A DNA stretch of 64,000 nt from Laetmonice hystrix (GCA_965235115.1 OZ249445.1:3596001-3660000); one strand, 5' to 3'; counted from the stretch's first letter, positions 28,803 through 45,529 are shown. The notes: generated by a model from the letters alone, not told the origin. Program-made: numbers and translations.

Positions 28803-28857
28803 GTGCTTTTTCATGGTCATATCCAACCACTACGAAGTAGTCAGCCAAGCGAGACAT
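28803..28857 (-). CDS. SBF2: First coding exon of an SBF/myotubularin-related (MTMR5/MTMR13, DENN-domain) gene: MSRLADYFVVVGYDHEKA
   Basis: Matches the SBF N-terminus as I recall it (MARLADYFIVVGYDHEK in human SBF2; MSRLADYFVIVGYD in fly Sbf). Followed by a GTgagt donor. Probably the pro-orthologue of SBF1/SBF2. Confidence 0.88.
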
Positions 28858-29250
28858 TTCTATATTTCCAAAGATTGTACGGCTCCGCTTTTACTCCTGA
28901 TACATGGTCGCCATTTTGACTGAAAACAAACCTGTCTGCGCACCCTGTTGCGCACGGGTTCAATCCCAAACCAAGGCGACATCTGCTTTCAACAACCTGA
29001 ACTAAACAGTGAACGCTTCGGCCCCTTGGCTGGAGGTGGCCCCACGTTACAGAGGGCACACTGCGATCGTGGCGCCGTGATGTGTGGTGTTTGTTAAGCG
29101 TGTAAAATTCTCCTGGGATCGATGATATTTTACAGGGGCGAGCGCAGTTTTATCTAACGTCAGTCTAGACTACGCGCCTTGTTTCAGCACGTGAGATGGC
29201 GCCACCTGCCAGGGCTACGTTCATTTCGGCTGTTGGCGGCCCGACGTGAG
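28858..29250 (-). promoter_or_regulatory. Putative SBF 5'UTR and core promoter
   Basis: CpG-rich. Inr-like TCAGTC (28923-28918) directly followed by AAAATGGCG (YY1/TISU-like). CACGTG E-box at 29188-29193. Confidence 0.5.
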
Positions 29251-29278
29251 CACAGCCAGCCACACAGTCGAGATGCAG

Positions 29279-29890
29279 CAGCGCCTACTGGCGGGAATTT
29301 TGATAACCATTTTGATAACCATGCCTGGCCGAGTCTGTAACACTAATGAAATGTTATGATGATTTCAAGGATTGATACCTTATCACTGCTTGATATACGA
29401 TAGTCATGTTTCTGTTCGTCGTTATTCATGTTTGAAGTGCCGAAGCGCAGAGCAAGACGGTCCGCCATTATCATGGTAGCCTACGCTTTGACAGCCGACT
29501 GTAGCGCCACAGGCAGCCACTGATTAGCCTAGTTCCACAATACCCGCTAGATGGCACTGAATAGGGTGCTGCCGTCTATCGTTTTAACTCTGAACTAATA
29601 TCGAGTTCCAAGTCAAAACGATAGATGGCAGCACCCTTTTCCGTGCCATCTAGCGGGAATTATGGAACTAACCACTATTCATCGGCAGCGGTGGAACTTC
29701 GTTCATAGGGACGAACGAAATAATGCTTATCGCGTGTCAAGAGGGATTTAAGAAGTCAAAGGTTGAAATGATGATTGGATTTCCTGCAGATTATAAGTGA
29801 ATTGTCAAAGGAATCGTGTCGAACGTGTGTTGTTGATGTAAAATAATGTCAGCTTTCAAAGTTTCATAAAAGTGCCGCCAGTAGGCGCTG
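29279..29890. mobile_element. Palindromic MITE-like element with central hairpin
   Basis: Perfect 16-bp inverted pair (29279-29294 / 29875-29890) roughly concentric with a 56-bp-arm hairpin at 29530-29670. Confidence 0.55.
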
Positions 29891-30089
29891 GTGTATATTG
29901 ACCGTTCCGAGACCAGGAACGTTGATGCTGCCGACCGGGCGCGATTGTTTCCCTATGGCTACGTTAGTTCGGGGCCAACGCGGGGGATACTGCGTCAAGG
30001 GTTTTGATTATTAAAACTCATCAACAAGAGGATACGTAGAACTGATCTGACTATATTATATTTCGTCTACAAATCCATACTAGACCAAT

Positions 30090-33000
30090 AATGTCTTACA
30101 TGAACGTTTATTGCTTCTTCTACATAGATAATCATGTACAATTATTTGTACCATTTACATTTATTATGTATAAAATAACCTCTAACGATCAATACAAATA
30201 TATTAAATTTCCCTCTATGTAAGCTTCAATTTACACTGCTGCTCTAAAGTCTGCTGGATATTGCACAATTGATGATTAAGGTTTGTTTGGGTACTATCAT
30301 GCTACAAGCATGTTCACCCTACATCCAATCCACCTTTTCTCCCGCCATTTATACATTCTAAACCTTAGAGGTAACAAAAGTTTCATTACAACAGCCACCG
30401 GGGATTATATCTTAGTCGACCTGGGAATGACAATCAGGGTTGGGGTGGTTTTCTACGATTATACTCTCTTGGAATAAATGGCACTGAAAGGTGGACTGGG
30501 TGTAAACCAAAATGCCAAACCGCGTTTACATTTACCATACATGATCTTTGTACAAGTGTTGCAATATGCCTTGTCTTCGTTTCCTGTATCGGGTAAGCTA
30601 TAAAAATATACACAGACCGAGAGGCCAACTTTGCTGAACTGTAGATACACGACGTACACGATACAAGGGTACTGACAGCACGTGGTACGTGCAGAGCACG
30701 GGCAGGGCACATCATACACAAAGCTCTGAAAGGCACTAACGATGCTGAATAGCCATGGGTGTGACGTCACTGTTACGTCATTACTCACCAGAGACAGTGA
30801 TGATGTCATCGGATATAATGATTACAACAAAGTCGCATGGCAGCCAACCGTGTACATCACTCTCGATAATGTTTTTACTCCTCACCAGGCAGCAGAGTTG
30901 AACACATTGGAGAGCAGGAAACGAGAAAAAACCCAAACAAGAAACTAACAAACATGGGTGTTCTCTACTGCTAGAGATATAAATAAAACACTGCAGACTC
31001 ACAGCGTTGATGACATCACAAATTATTCTAGAACTTTGTGGTTGTTTTTGTTAGGTATGAGGTACATGAACTACACTTTTTCTCCGTTTGGATGACCCAT
31101 CATTGTAATACAAACCCCCCTCCCTGTTGATGGACCCAGATGATCTGTCACAATGCAAAATGACCTGTCACAATGCATGATGCTGATAAGTCACAATGCA
31201 TAATGATGATCAGTCACAATGCACAATGATGACTTGTACAATGCACAAATATGTCACAATGCATGATGTCGTCACAATACAAACTGATGACTTGTGGCAT
31301 ATCAATGATCCGTCAGAATGTACGGTGGAAAATTCGCAAAGCAATTAACACTGGATATAAATCTTTGTCACACTCTGATTAGATAGGGAACATTTAATTG
31401 CGAGATGCCATCGGCAAGAGCTGACTAGACCTCGTGCTATCATCATAAACTCTGTAATAATACCTCACCTTGACCCGAACAATGAGGTCGGCGATCTGAG
31501 CCGTCATCAGTCCGAGTTCATTATTTCTATGATATTAATTCCGAGGTTTTACCTTCGGTTCAGCCAACCTGCAAACCGATGGCAGACATTCGCACAGTTG
31601 GGGTGGGAACCATGGGTGATATGAAATATTTCCACCCTGCTGAAGGCACAGATGGGATACACCTCGGACCAAAGGTGCTTTATTAGTCCAGTTGGTTTGT
31701 GTATACATAGACAGGGGCTGCCGCGTGATCGCCATGGCATACTTAACCAATCAAATATGCTACTAAGAAACGTCCAAACATTCTTTTAAATCTCAGTCTT
31801 AATCCTTACAAATAAAATTAAGAAACTTTATCAAAACAATATTTCATTTCAAACATAACCCTGGGGTTGCCACCCGAAAATATAAAATAATAATTGTTTA
31901 AAATGTCTAGTTATTGCGGGCTTTTGTCCACAAATGCACAGAAAGGGTTCATGTCTAAAAGTAACACAATTGTACATAACGGTACAAAGAATATCCCCTA
32001 TGAAAGGGTTAGCTCCCGATAACTGGTGAATGCACTAAATACAGATCAGTATAAGACGATTGCTCTCCTCATCGTTTCTCACACCCACCCACACATTCCT
32101 GTTGTCAACACTCTCCCTGGCACCTTGAGGTAGCTAACTTCAAACTACAACTTTAGTTTATGTGGGTCGTGGTCAATACAGTCTTTCACAGTCATATTCT
32201 GGGGCGGTTACTGTTAGGGTCGCAACCATTTTGGGAAACTAACAAATATTGACGTTACCTAAGCTGTAGATATAAACTTGGATTCTCTAGGAATTTATTC
32301 GCAGACCAACCTGTAAACACTTCCAAGTCAATGTAAAGATTGAAGAGTTTAATCCTATGGTCAGTCCAAATCGTTATTATCTGATCTAGGAAACCCGTGG
32401 TGACCACTCAAGGTCAAAAGAAAAAAAAAACAGAAGAAGACAGTTCACACCTGTGACCTGTACATCAAGAATTAACTCAGTTTAATTTGTCGCTAACGGT
32501 CTATCCTATGTGTACGGTCACCTGTCAGCAATATTGTGTTGTTACCGTAATTATTGCAGGCAGGTTGGGCGAGCGTTTACTGGCTACCAGTAACAGCATG
32601 AAGAGGTGGGTCACGTATCTAACACAGGCAATATGAGGTATCAATTCTGTGTGCCAATCAACCCACTGGGATCAATCTATTACAGGATCCCAAGCTGCAT
32701 TAGTTCATATCCTAACACCCCAAATGGCGACTTTCAAAAAGGTTATACAAACTTGTAAGGTTCAGACTGAACTAGCCTGTTACGAGCACCATAGTAGGCC
32801 AAGGTAAGACACACTGGGATCTCTGCTCCACAAGTATTTCTACACAACTCTTTCTTCTCATACAACAGCTCTCTTTGCAAGTTTCAATAATTCCTGCAGA
32901 CAAGTCTAAATAAATACACAAGTCGGTAATAAATAAGGCCAAATTGTTTTTCACACACACTAGACTGCTTGGAGCGCAGAAAGGCGTGCCCGGAAGAGAC

Positions 33001-35734
33001 TTTGCGCAAGAGATAATAGTGATGAAGAGAAAGAGAACGAAAGAAGAAAGAAAGAAAGAAAAAAAAAAAAAAAAAAAAAAGAAGGTTGGGTGAGCATGCT
33101 GTTCGCCGTGTATTTATCGTCAGTATATTTCTCACGCCCGCGCAGCGTCCTCGTGACCTACTTTAGTCATGATCCTATTTGCATAACAAGATAATGAACC
33201 ACACTGTAAATAGTAATGACATGTATTTACACAATTCAACTCCATAGAGTTTCGTACAAACACACATTTTGGCATCTACTCATGTTAATCTTCTCTAACG
33301 TCTTGAACAACACACATATAAAATTATTTTTGTGCAATGCAATAAAAGTTGAGGTGGGTGGGGTGTTAAAATGTCGATGAGGGTGCTGATGAAAGTTGGC
33401 GTATGTATGATTTACGTGACTCTGGTGGTGAGCTATAAACGATGTTGGTGGGACACCTGGTGGTTGGCCATGAAACTAACACTATTTACAAAACCTAAAC
33501 CTGTAATTTAGAAAAGTCTCATCATTTTGTAGCACGATTCTACAACACTACCTTGATGAAGTCTCTAGATAAACGAGCCGCTGCCATTTGCAGGGAGACT
33601 ATGCCGGTCTACTGCTGGACCTAACTCCCCGTCCCGGCAAGTACCCGGTGATGGTAACAGAGCGATGTTTTCTTCCACAGAGCTTGGGGGGGGGGGGGGT
33701 GCACTCACTCAAACATTATTCCCTACGTTTCCTCTACACTTCAATAAGTGACGGCCATGACCTTAACTGATGCGAGAGATTCTTATTTGCTGACTGGAAT
33801 CTACACGTTTTAAAATATGGTGAACGGGAGGCGGGGGGGGGGGGCTGATGCTTAACTGTGATGTCAGTTAAATTTAAACTTTGGACAGAAAGGTGCTGGG
33901 TTCTTATTGGTCAAGAGCTCGTTATCACAGTAGTATGTGGCATCATTCCCTGTAGAACACATTGGGATACTCTGTCTCCTATGATGGCCCATGTTTGTTG
34001 GACGCCAGTGCTGCACTCTAGCGGCTGGTAGCAGAACCAGTCGGTTGGCGGGAAGTTTCGCCAGGATCACAAGGTCTGAGACTAGGTCGTGCAAGTCGTC
34101 GCCGTCCTGCCCGTACATCTCGGCATGTACTCGCACTGTAATATCTATTCTAGCTCACATAATATGTATATCACAATCCCTACTTGCTACATGAATACCG
34201 CCCTTCTTTTTTGTAATGCCTGAACTCTCAACTGCGTCAAGCAAAATTCTAAAGCTAGATTTGTCTGTTCCGTTACCGTTAAAGAAACTTTTTAAAGAAG
34301 CATGCACAAGAAAACTTATTTTACAAAGAAAAGTTATAATTTCGTTTCCAAATGGTCTGCGATGGCATGTTCAGCAAAGAAGGTCAGACTGCAGCACTGA
34401 CTGGGAGCAAGGTCTGCCCCATAGAGGGCGCCACGAGAGTGGTGCGTGCGGTGGCCGGTGGTGGTGGTGACAACCCCCCCAGACCCACAGCCCCCACCGT
34501 GCCCCAACACGTATACACCCCCCCCCCCCCTACACTGAGGTCAGGGGAACTCATGTCTTACTAACGACACGTAAACTTGTTACTTCTTTATCAACCGGTG
34601 GTCTCACGACTGATACTCTTAAATTATCAACATGATCATTCAATTGTTCGAGCTCCCGCGCCATATACTCACATAGACATAGATATTTACATACAAAATT
34701 TGTTTTGAAACGACAGAACACCATACCCTTGTATGAACACTTCTGTAACTAACAAATATCAATGAAAAACAAACGGGAAGAAAAAAAGTGCAACTATTAC
34801 TCACATGATTCTTTTACTGTTATGCTGCATTTGACAGAAGCTGAATCTCCCTGAATCGGTGGGTGGGTCCATTACAGTAATATAAAAAATATGGAAAAAA
34901 ATGAAAAAAACCAAACCTACGGTTGCAATAAGTCTTGTGTGTTCACAAATGGTAACAGGTCCACATATAATGCTGATGCCATTCTCTCCATGACAAACAT
35001 GAAGACAGTGTTAGCGATACTATACAAATTGACATACTACGTCACCATAGAAAAAGATGACGGGGAAAATATCTTTACCTACTGCATTGAAATCACAACT
35101 CCTCTTTTCTGTGTGACTGGTACACAAGGCGCCCAGACCAGCTCAACTGGGTAGTTACAATATTTTTGGCGACTCCTACAAACCTAAATAGAGTCGTCCT
35201 TGTCTGCATATCAGATCTCTATCCGAGCTGTTGTCGCTGGGTTAGAAGTCTGTACGGTGAGCGAGTTCAGGAACTGAGAGCCCACCTCACCAGTCCAAAC
35301 GGCCCAGACACCAACTCACTCTTCATGGCATCCATCCTGGCACCCAATTTACATATTCAGGGCACACAGTGCTGACGTCACAGGTCTTGGGTACATGAAG
35401 TGATGACATCATCAAGTCGGCCACTGGCTCATCATGGAGTGGCACTTCGGTTGGGGCCATCGGGCGGCAAAAACAAGTTCTGTTGTGCTAGTGAGCAATA
35501 AATAAAGTACACCTCAACGGGAACGACAAACTTGTGTCCGTCTGACTGGGAGAATAATAGAATAAGATCACGATTAGGTGGGGGAAAGATTAGATCCCCT
35601 GCACACACCCAAATTATGAGGACATTGTTGGCTGTGATAACCTGTCTTTTCCCAGCATGCCATGAGAGCGCCGTGAACGACTGTCACTGTCCGTAAGCTT
35701 TGGCCACACATCCTCCCCCGTCGCCGGCCCCTAG
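30090..35734 (-). other. RBPJ: Probable long 3'UTR of the CSL gene; distal end uncertain
   Basis: Directly follows the stop codon and has no recognisable ORF. Sense-strand Pumilio elements, a K box, a Brd box, a U-rich tract (33041-33082) and several AATAAA candidates. Confidence 0.55.
30107..30112 (-). terminator. Candidate distal polyadenylation signal AATAAA
   Basis: TTTATT on plus, with several UGUA motifs just upstream on the minus strand. Alternatives at 30160, 31679 and 32294. Confidence 0.35.
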
Positions 35735-36055
<321 letters not shown>

Positions 36056-36122
36056 TCACACAGTCAAAAATAACATACCTCTCACCTACCGACACAAGTA
36101 CAAACAAATTAAAACACTTTTA

Positions 36123-36320
36123 ACCTACCAACAACAAAATGACACCCCATAAACACTGTTCATCTACTGACAATAACAAAATGACACCCCATAAACACTG
36201 TTCATCTACTGACAATAACAAAATGACACCCAATAAACACTGTTCTAATCTACTGACAATAACAAAATGACACCCAATAAACACTGTTCCAATCTACTGA
36301 CAATAACAAAATGACAGTCA
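36123..36320. repeat. Tandem repeat, ~42-44-bp unit, ~5 copies, resembling the last-exon acceptor
   Basis: Unit ATCTACTGACAATAACAAAATGACACCCCATAAACACTGTTC. Confidence 0.9.
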
Positions 36321-36894
36321 ATTAACACAGCTCTTCTCTATACTAAGTTGTGTTAAACAACACTTTTGCCAGTATCGGGGACGAGTTTTTCAATACCACA
36401 GACACTGTTGAATGATACCTCTACAGTCAATAAAGGCCAAGTCCAGAGAGTCCATTTACGCAATTTCATAAACAGATGACATGACGAGACTAATTAGATA
36501 TTGAGGGGGAGGTGAGTTGACAAGGCCGATATCAATCATACCGACGAGATATTGAAGGCCACAGATAAAGACTGCCTTAGGGTTGTTTTCCAGACTGTGC
36601 TAGGATCACTGTGATCTCCGTGGACATCATAAGGTTGGTAGCAGTCACTGACGCGGCAGGGAGGAATACCTATCTCGGATACCGTCTGGGTCCTAGGATC
36701 GCTGTCCTTTCAACAGTCACAGCTCGGATCAAATTTCTGTCCCCACTAAAGCAGAATACCCTCTGATCTCACTTCATCTGATTACTAGTAGCAATGGAGG
36801 AAGGCAAACAATTGTGACCGACACTAGGAGATGTCTGCATGTAGGAGCTATCCTTTCACCTGAGCTGCATTCAAAGGTCAATTTTACACGAATA

Positions 36895-39007
36895 CCTCGG
36901 CGCTGAGGGGAGGCAAGCGGCTAAATACCAAGCGCCGAGGCATGTTTGTGACGTCATTCGCTATGTAGGTCGGGGAATACCCGCGAGTTTGCGAAAATAG
37001 GAATTCTAGCATAGTGTATACGGAACGGAACGGAACGGTAAACCCCGGTCCGAGACGACTCCAAGGTCTCGGGAGTTGTTTATGAAGTGAACAGCGATAA
37101 AATAAGTGATTTTATTTGGTGTAATATAATGGTTTTTCTCATATTAGAAAACACTCTGATATCATGGATAGTATACGAATGGTCAGCATGCCTCGAGTGT
37201 TTGGAGGCTCTGAATCGGGTAAACCTGCTTATAGCTATGATGTACCTTAGTGCAGTTTAATTGTCTTTTTTCTTTAACGTTATGCCACTTGTTATATTCT
37301 CCCTCTGGGAATTAACCAGAAATATATGTATAAAATATGTATAAAATATGTTTAAATATAAAATATTAGGCCTATCTAACCTATAGGCCTGGATTCTATG
37401 TTAGAAAACTCTCATATGCTTGGACAACATGCCCTGAGTATTGGTCAGCATGCCTCGAGTGTTGGTAGGCTCTCTATCAGGTAAAGTCTGTGCAGTTTAA
37501 TTATTAGTCTGTGGTCTTTAACGTTATGAATAAAATATGTATACATTTCATTTATATATTTGCCATGTGACATTTCTACAACCAATCCAATGAAACCAGT
37601 GAAGATTTAATGTGGGGAAATGTTACACCATAGGCAACATGCCCCGAGTATTGGTCAGAATGCCTCGAGTGTTGGTAGACACTCAATCAGGCAAAATCTA
37701 TGCAGTTTAACTATTAGTCGTTTTTTAACGTTATACGTATATGCCACTTGTTATTTATACCATACAAATAGTACACTTGCATTTCTAATGCTTATATATA
37801 TAGAAACCAATGTGGGCATGGACCACATGCCCTGAGTATTGGTCAGCATGCCTCGAGTGTTGGTAGGTTTTCTGTGTTTTTTGAACGTGGGGGCTGGTGG
37901 AATATTCAGGTGGGAAACCGTTGGAGTGGAAACTACGGGGATAAGGGACGAACCACAAAAAGAAAATACAGGTGTAGAAATGCTCAATATTAATTTTTAT
38001 TCAACACGCTGCTTAAGGAAAGATGTGGTGACTCATACTGATACAAAACAGCCATAGTTCAATTCATACACCCGATGTACATGTATGCACATATTATGGG
38101 TAACATGCCCTGAGTATTAGTCGTGATATGCTGGGGGTTAGGGTAGGCCTATATGGGTAACATGCCCTGGGTATTAGTCGTGATATGCTGGGGGTTAGGG
38201 TAGGCCTATATGGGTAACATGCCCTGGGTATTAGTCGTGATATGCTGGGGGTTAGGGTAGGCCTATGGGTAACATGCCCTGGGTATTAGTCGTGATATGC
38301 TGGGGTTTGGGTAGGCATATAGATCTATGGGTAACATGCCCTGGGTATTAGTCGTGATATGCTGGGGGTTTGGGTAGGCATATATATGGGTAACATGCCC
38401 TGAGTATCAGTCGATCGTGATATGCTGGGGGTTTGGGTAGGCCCACAGGTAACATGCCCTGAGTATTAGTCAGGATATGCTTGGAGTTTGGGTAGGCATA
38501 TATGGGTAACATGCCCTATATAGGCCTATAATGTCATGTGGGCCTGTAAGGCAACATGCCCCGAGTATTAATAGGCCTAAGCATGCCTCAAGTGTTGGTA
38601 TGGGGGGTAGAGTCTATGCTGGGGTAGCATGGGCGGCTGAAGGTAGGAATACGTGTAAGTCGCCACACCCTATACATGGGAATGAGCCGAGTGTTGCGGC
38701 CAGTTAAATCGTTAAAAAGAATGCACGTTTTATTTTTTTCTGAAATGCCAGTAGGAATATTGCAACAAAGCGGTAGGCTACCGTAAATGTGGTTCGCAAG
38801 TGGTCTACTCTATACCCGCCAGCACCACTGCGATGGGCCGGCTGTGGCCAGTGTGGGTAAGTCCGCCGGGTGCCGCGAGGTGTCGTTTCGTGTGTTTCCC
38901 GAATGGCAGATTTTGTGTTTTCCTGCAACCGGGAAACCCCCGATGACGTCACGAGGATGCCTCGGCGCTTAGTTTTTAGCCTCTTCCTGAGGGGAGGGCT
39001 GCTCAGG
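36895..39007. mobile_element. ~2.1-kb non-autonomous element with inverted ends and internal tandem repeats (HINE/Helentron- or MITE-like)
   Basis: 36931-36957 is the inverted complement of 38943-38969 (24/27 nt). Hairpins at both ends. Internal dispersed and 57-bp tandem repeats. Confidence 0.55.
38097..38520. repeat. Minisatellite, ~57-bp unit, ~8 copies
   Basis: Unit ATGGGTAACATGCCCTGGGTATTAGTCGTGATATGCTGGGGGTTAGGGTAGGCCTAT. Confidence 0.93.
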
Positions 39008-39476
39008 TGGCGACGGAAGAAGGCACCTTTTGAGGAACAACTAAGGAAACCACGCGGCTCTATGGCCCTTAGCGTGGCACAAATCTAAAAGAATTGTTAA
39101 TAAGAAAATGGTGACCTGATCTGACTGACTGCAATCGGAGAATAACGATAGACTGACACACCTATTATAATACAGCCTGGCACCGATTACTGTATGTCAG
39201 AGGAAGAAGAACCTGCTGTCAGATCCCCAGACAATATGTATGTTGGGATTTTTTTTGCGTGCGCGAAATTTTCACGTTTTGCCAGAGATGGAAATTAAAA
39301 AAAAAGTTTTTTTGTGAAAATTTCACACAGGAGGTGGGGAGGGGGGGGGGGGTGCAAGATGATTAATGCACAAGGATTGTCCAAAATGATAGTTTTGCGA
39401 AAATTATGGTACCGTGAAAGAAACGCCAAAATAAGTGAATTGATTACAAACGTATCCTATGTGACATGTGTACTTA

Positions 39477-39689
<213 letters not shown>

Positions 39690-40167
39690 CTAATAAAAAG
39701 TGTTATAAGTTGGTACATTGAAGTTTCTGAGAGTAAAAGTGAGCGGTAGTGGGGGGGGGGGGGGGGGGGTTAGAGGTGCTGGGAAAGTATGGGGCAACTG
39801 AACACGCGCTCATCCTTAGTTATTCCTAACCGCTGAACAATTCCAGGAATAACCAAGGTTTTCCTGTTACACCATAATTATTAACTTATTTCAAAAGAAA
39901 TACAAAGAAAAACAAGGACATAACGCTTGCTTACAAATGACTGAGCTATAACCTACTTGAATAAAAGATCTGCCTACAGTGATCTGATGAGAAAGTCCCA
40001 AAAGGTTAAAAAAAAAAAACAATGCGCATGGTGCTAAAGTTGACTCATAAATTTCTAGCCAACTGCTGGGAATAATGATTATTACCAAAGAACCTAGACA
40101 GTCTACGCTCTTTATTACTGTGATTCCTTTTGAATGAAAATACTGGTCGTATCAAGAGAACCGACAA

Positions 40168-40372
40168 CAGTGGAGGATCCAGGATTTCAGGAAAGGAGGT
40201 CGGGGGGGTTGGGCACCTTTTAGTGGATAATCCATGACCGCCCAAGGCAGCCCATTTACAGGGGGGGGGGGGGGGTAGAGGCCCTCCCAAGGCATTTTGA
40301 TTTTGCAGGTACGGAAATAGAGGGCCCCGGGTCGGCCTCCCGTCCCCCCCCCCCCGCCCGAATCCACCATTG
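40168..40372. mobile_element. Short G/C-tract MITE-like element
   Basis: Imperfect TIRs CAGTGGAGGATCC / GAATCCACCATTG; flanks GACAA / GACAT (4/5 match); internal poly-G and poly-C. Confidence 0.55.
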
Positions 40373-40446
40373 GACATGGCCTTCTTTCTCCTGACCTCAC
40401 AAGTAGATCAGTGTAGTGCGGAATCTAAACTTGACCCTTGAATTCA

Positions 40447-43237
<2,791 letters not shown>

Positions 43238-44030
43238 CTGCTTGTAGGTTCAAAGACACACAACACTGAATAGAAAGTGGGATTTTGAGAATCGTTGCAG
43301 CCAAACATCAAACATTCAATATCATTTTAATGTTATTACTTTTAGAGGCGAGGTTCTCCCAGCATGGGAAACTACTGGTAATCTGCCATTATGACAGAGA
43401 TGGGTGATATATTAGGTCCGTTTCGGACAAAAACATCAACTTTTTCGTGGTGATATATTTGGATGATATTGAGTTGTATTGTAACCGAGCGCAGAGAATG
43501 AAGGAAGGAGAGAGTGTTTGGCACGGCGCCTCGTTCCCACGCCCATGTCAATGGTGGCCACAGACTCACTGTTATCACAGAGCCTGACTCATCTTTTGTT
43601 TGAATCGGTAAGGGTTAACACGGGGTAGGATGGGATCACACGCCTAGCCTTCATTTACTCAAACCTAACACGATGGGAACCCTTCTAGCTGTAGCAAGGT
43701 TATTCTAACACCACTATCTCTATACTGGCTGATCATGACCGGCTATCTTGTTTACTCGTTAGTTGACTGGCTATCTCCCTGGCTGGTCAGCTAAACTACC
43801 AGTAATAGACAGCCGTGGAGAAACACTTTGAAAAGACAAGGAGTGTCCGTTTGCCTGTGACCACACAGGAGCGTTGGTTGTAATCCCATCACTACATGCA
43901 CTAGTCTGTGTTCCCATGTTCTGACTCAGCAGATGTGGTAAAGTTTAAACTTCTCACCCTCACCTTCCCATTCAATGGACCGTGAACTCCACCTCCACAG
44001 TTATCATTGGCTCACAGTTAATCACAATCA

Positions 44031-44305
<275 letters not shown>

Positions 44306-44479
44306 TAATTTTTTTAACCATACAGCCAAAACTTATTAACCTTACTGGCAGTATCATAAAAAGTCTTATTTGCATGTCAATTTTCCTTCCAAATTACACA
44401 CATCAAAGTTAAATATACCAACTTCTTGACAGTACCATTTCCATATATGTTTTCTTCCAAATTATGGAAATCAAAGTTA

Positions 44480-44656
<177 letters not shown>

Positions 44657-44903
44657 CTAAAAACGGCAAACTTTCACACCATTTTCAATGGTTGAACTGT
44701 CACACTTCCAAACTAAAACACCTGTAAAGTCAAGCTACAGTAAACTTCATGAATAACAGTCATAACGTCAGTGTTGCATCTCTCAGAAATTTTCCGCTTT
44801 TAAGAATTCATTCCAAGCCGCTAGCTCCTCCGTTTGAATATGGTTACCTCACAAGGACACGTGCAGGAGAAGCCTATATATTTGGCATGTGTCCATGTCA
44901 TCA

Positions 44904-45092
<189 letters not shown>

Positions 45093-45419
45093 TCAATCAG
45101 TCAGTCATAATGAGATTATCCAGTATTTGTCTCGGAGTTATGGAAGAAACGTTTCAAAGATGATGTTCCGTTTAGAAGACCGCAGTTTATAACATGACTG
45201 GTGTTCTGTGCAGCTCTCTCCCTGTCTACTCTCAACCCCTCATGGCAAGGTTAGGGAGAGCGATTTGCCTCATTACTTATTCCCATTTCGAGTTGAAAGG
45301 ATGAAACCAATTTACAGAATTAAGTGTAAACAGCAAGAAAATACTACAGCGTAGATTCTTTTTTACGTTCAAAATCACAGGGGCGTGGCAATGCAAGCCG
45401 TATGGACGAGACCCTGAGC

Positions 45420-45529
45420 ACACCTTCACACATAGGGGAACATAAAACCAATCTGAACACCTCCACACATACAGGAACATAAAACCAATCTCAACACCTC
45501 CACACATAGGGGAACATAAAACCAATCTC
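45420..45529. repeat. Tandem repeat, 36-bp unit, 3 copies
   Basis: CACACATA(G/C)(G/A)GGAACATAAAACCAATCT occurs three times. Confidence 0.9.

Noticed and set aside
30259-32791. Seed matches for miR-92, miR-124 (two), miR-31, miR-279, let-7 and miR-29
   Set aside because: After testing about 20 families on 5.6 kb, several 7-8-mers are expected by chance.
34200-34300. A mir-9/mir-79 gene on the plus strand
   Set aside because: Only 12 nt match, and there is no upstream 5p arm (TCTTTGGTTATCTAGCT) or hairpin; better read as a target site.
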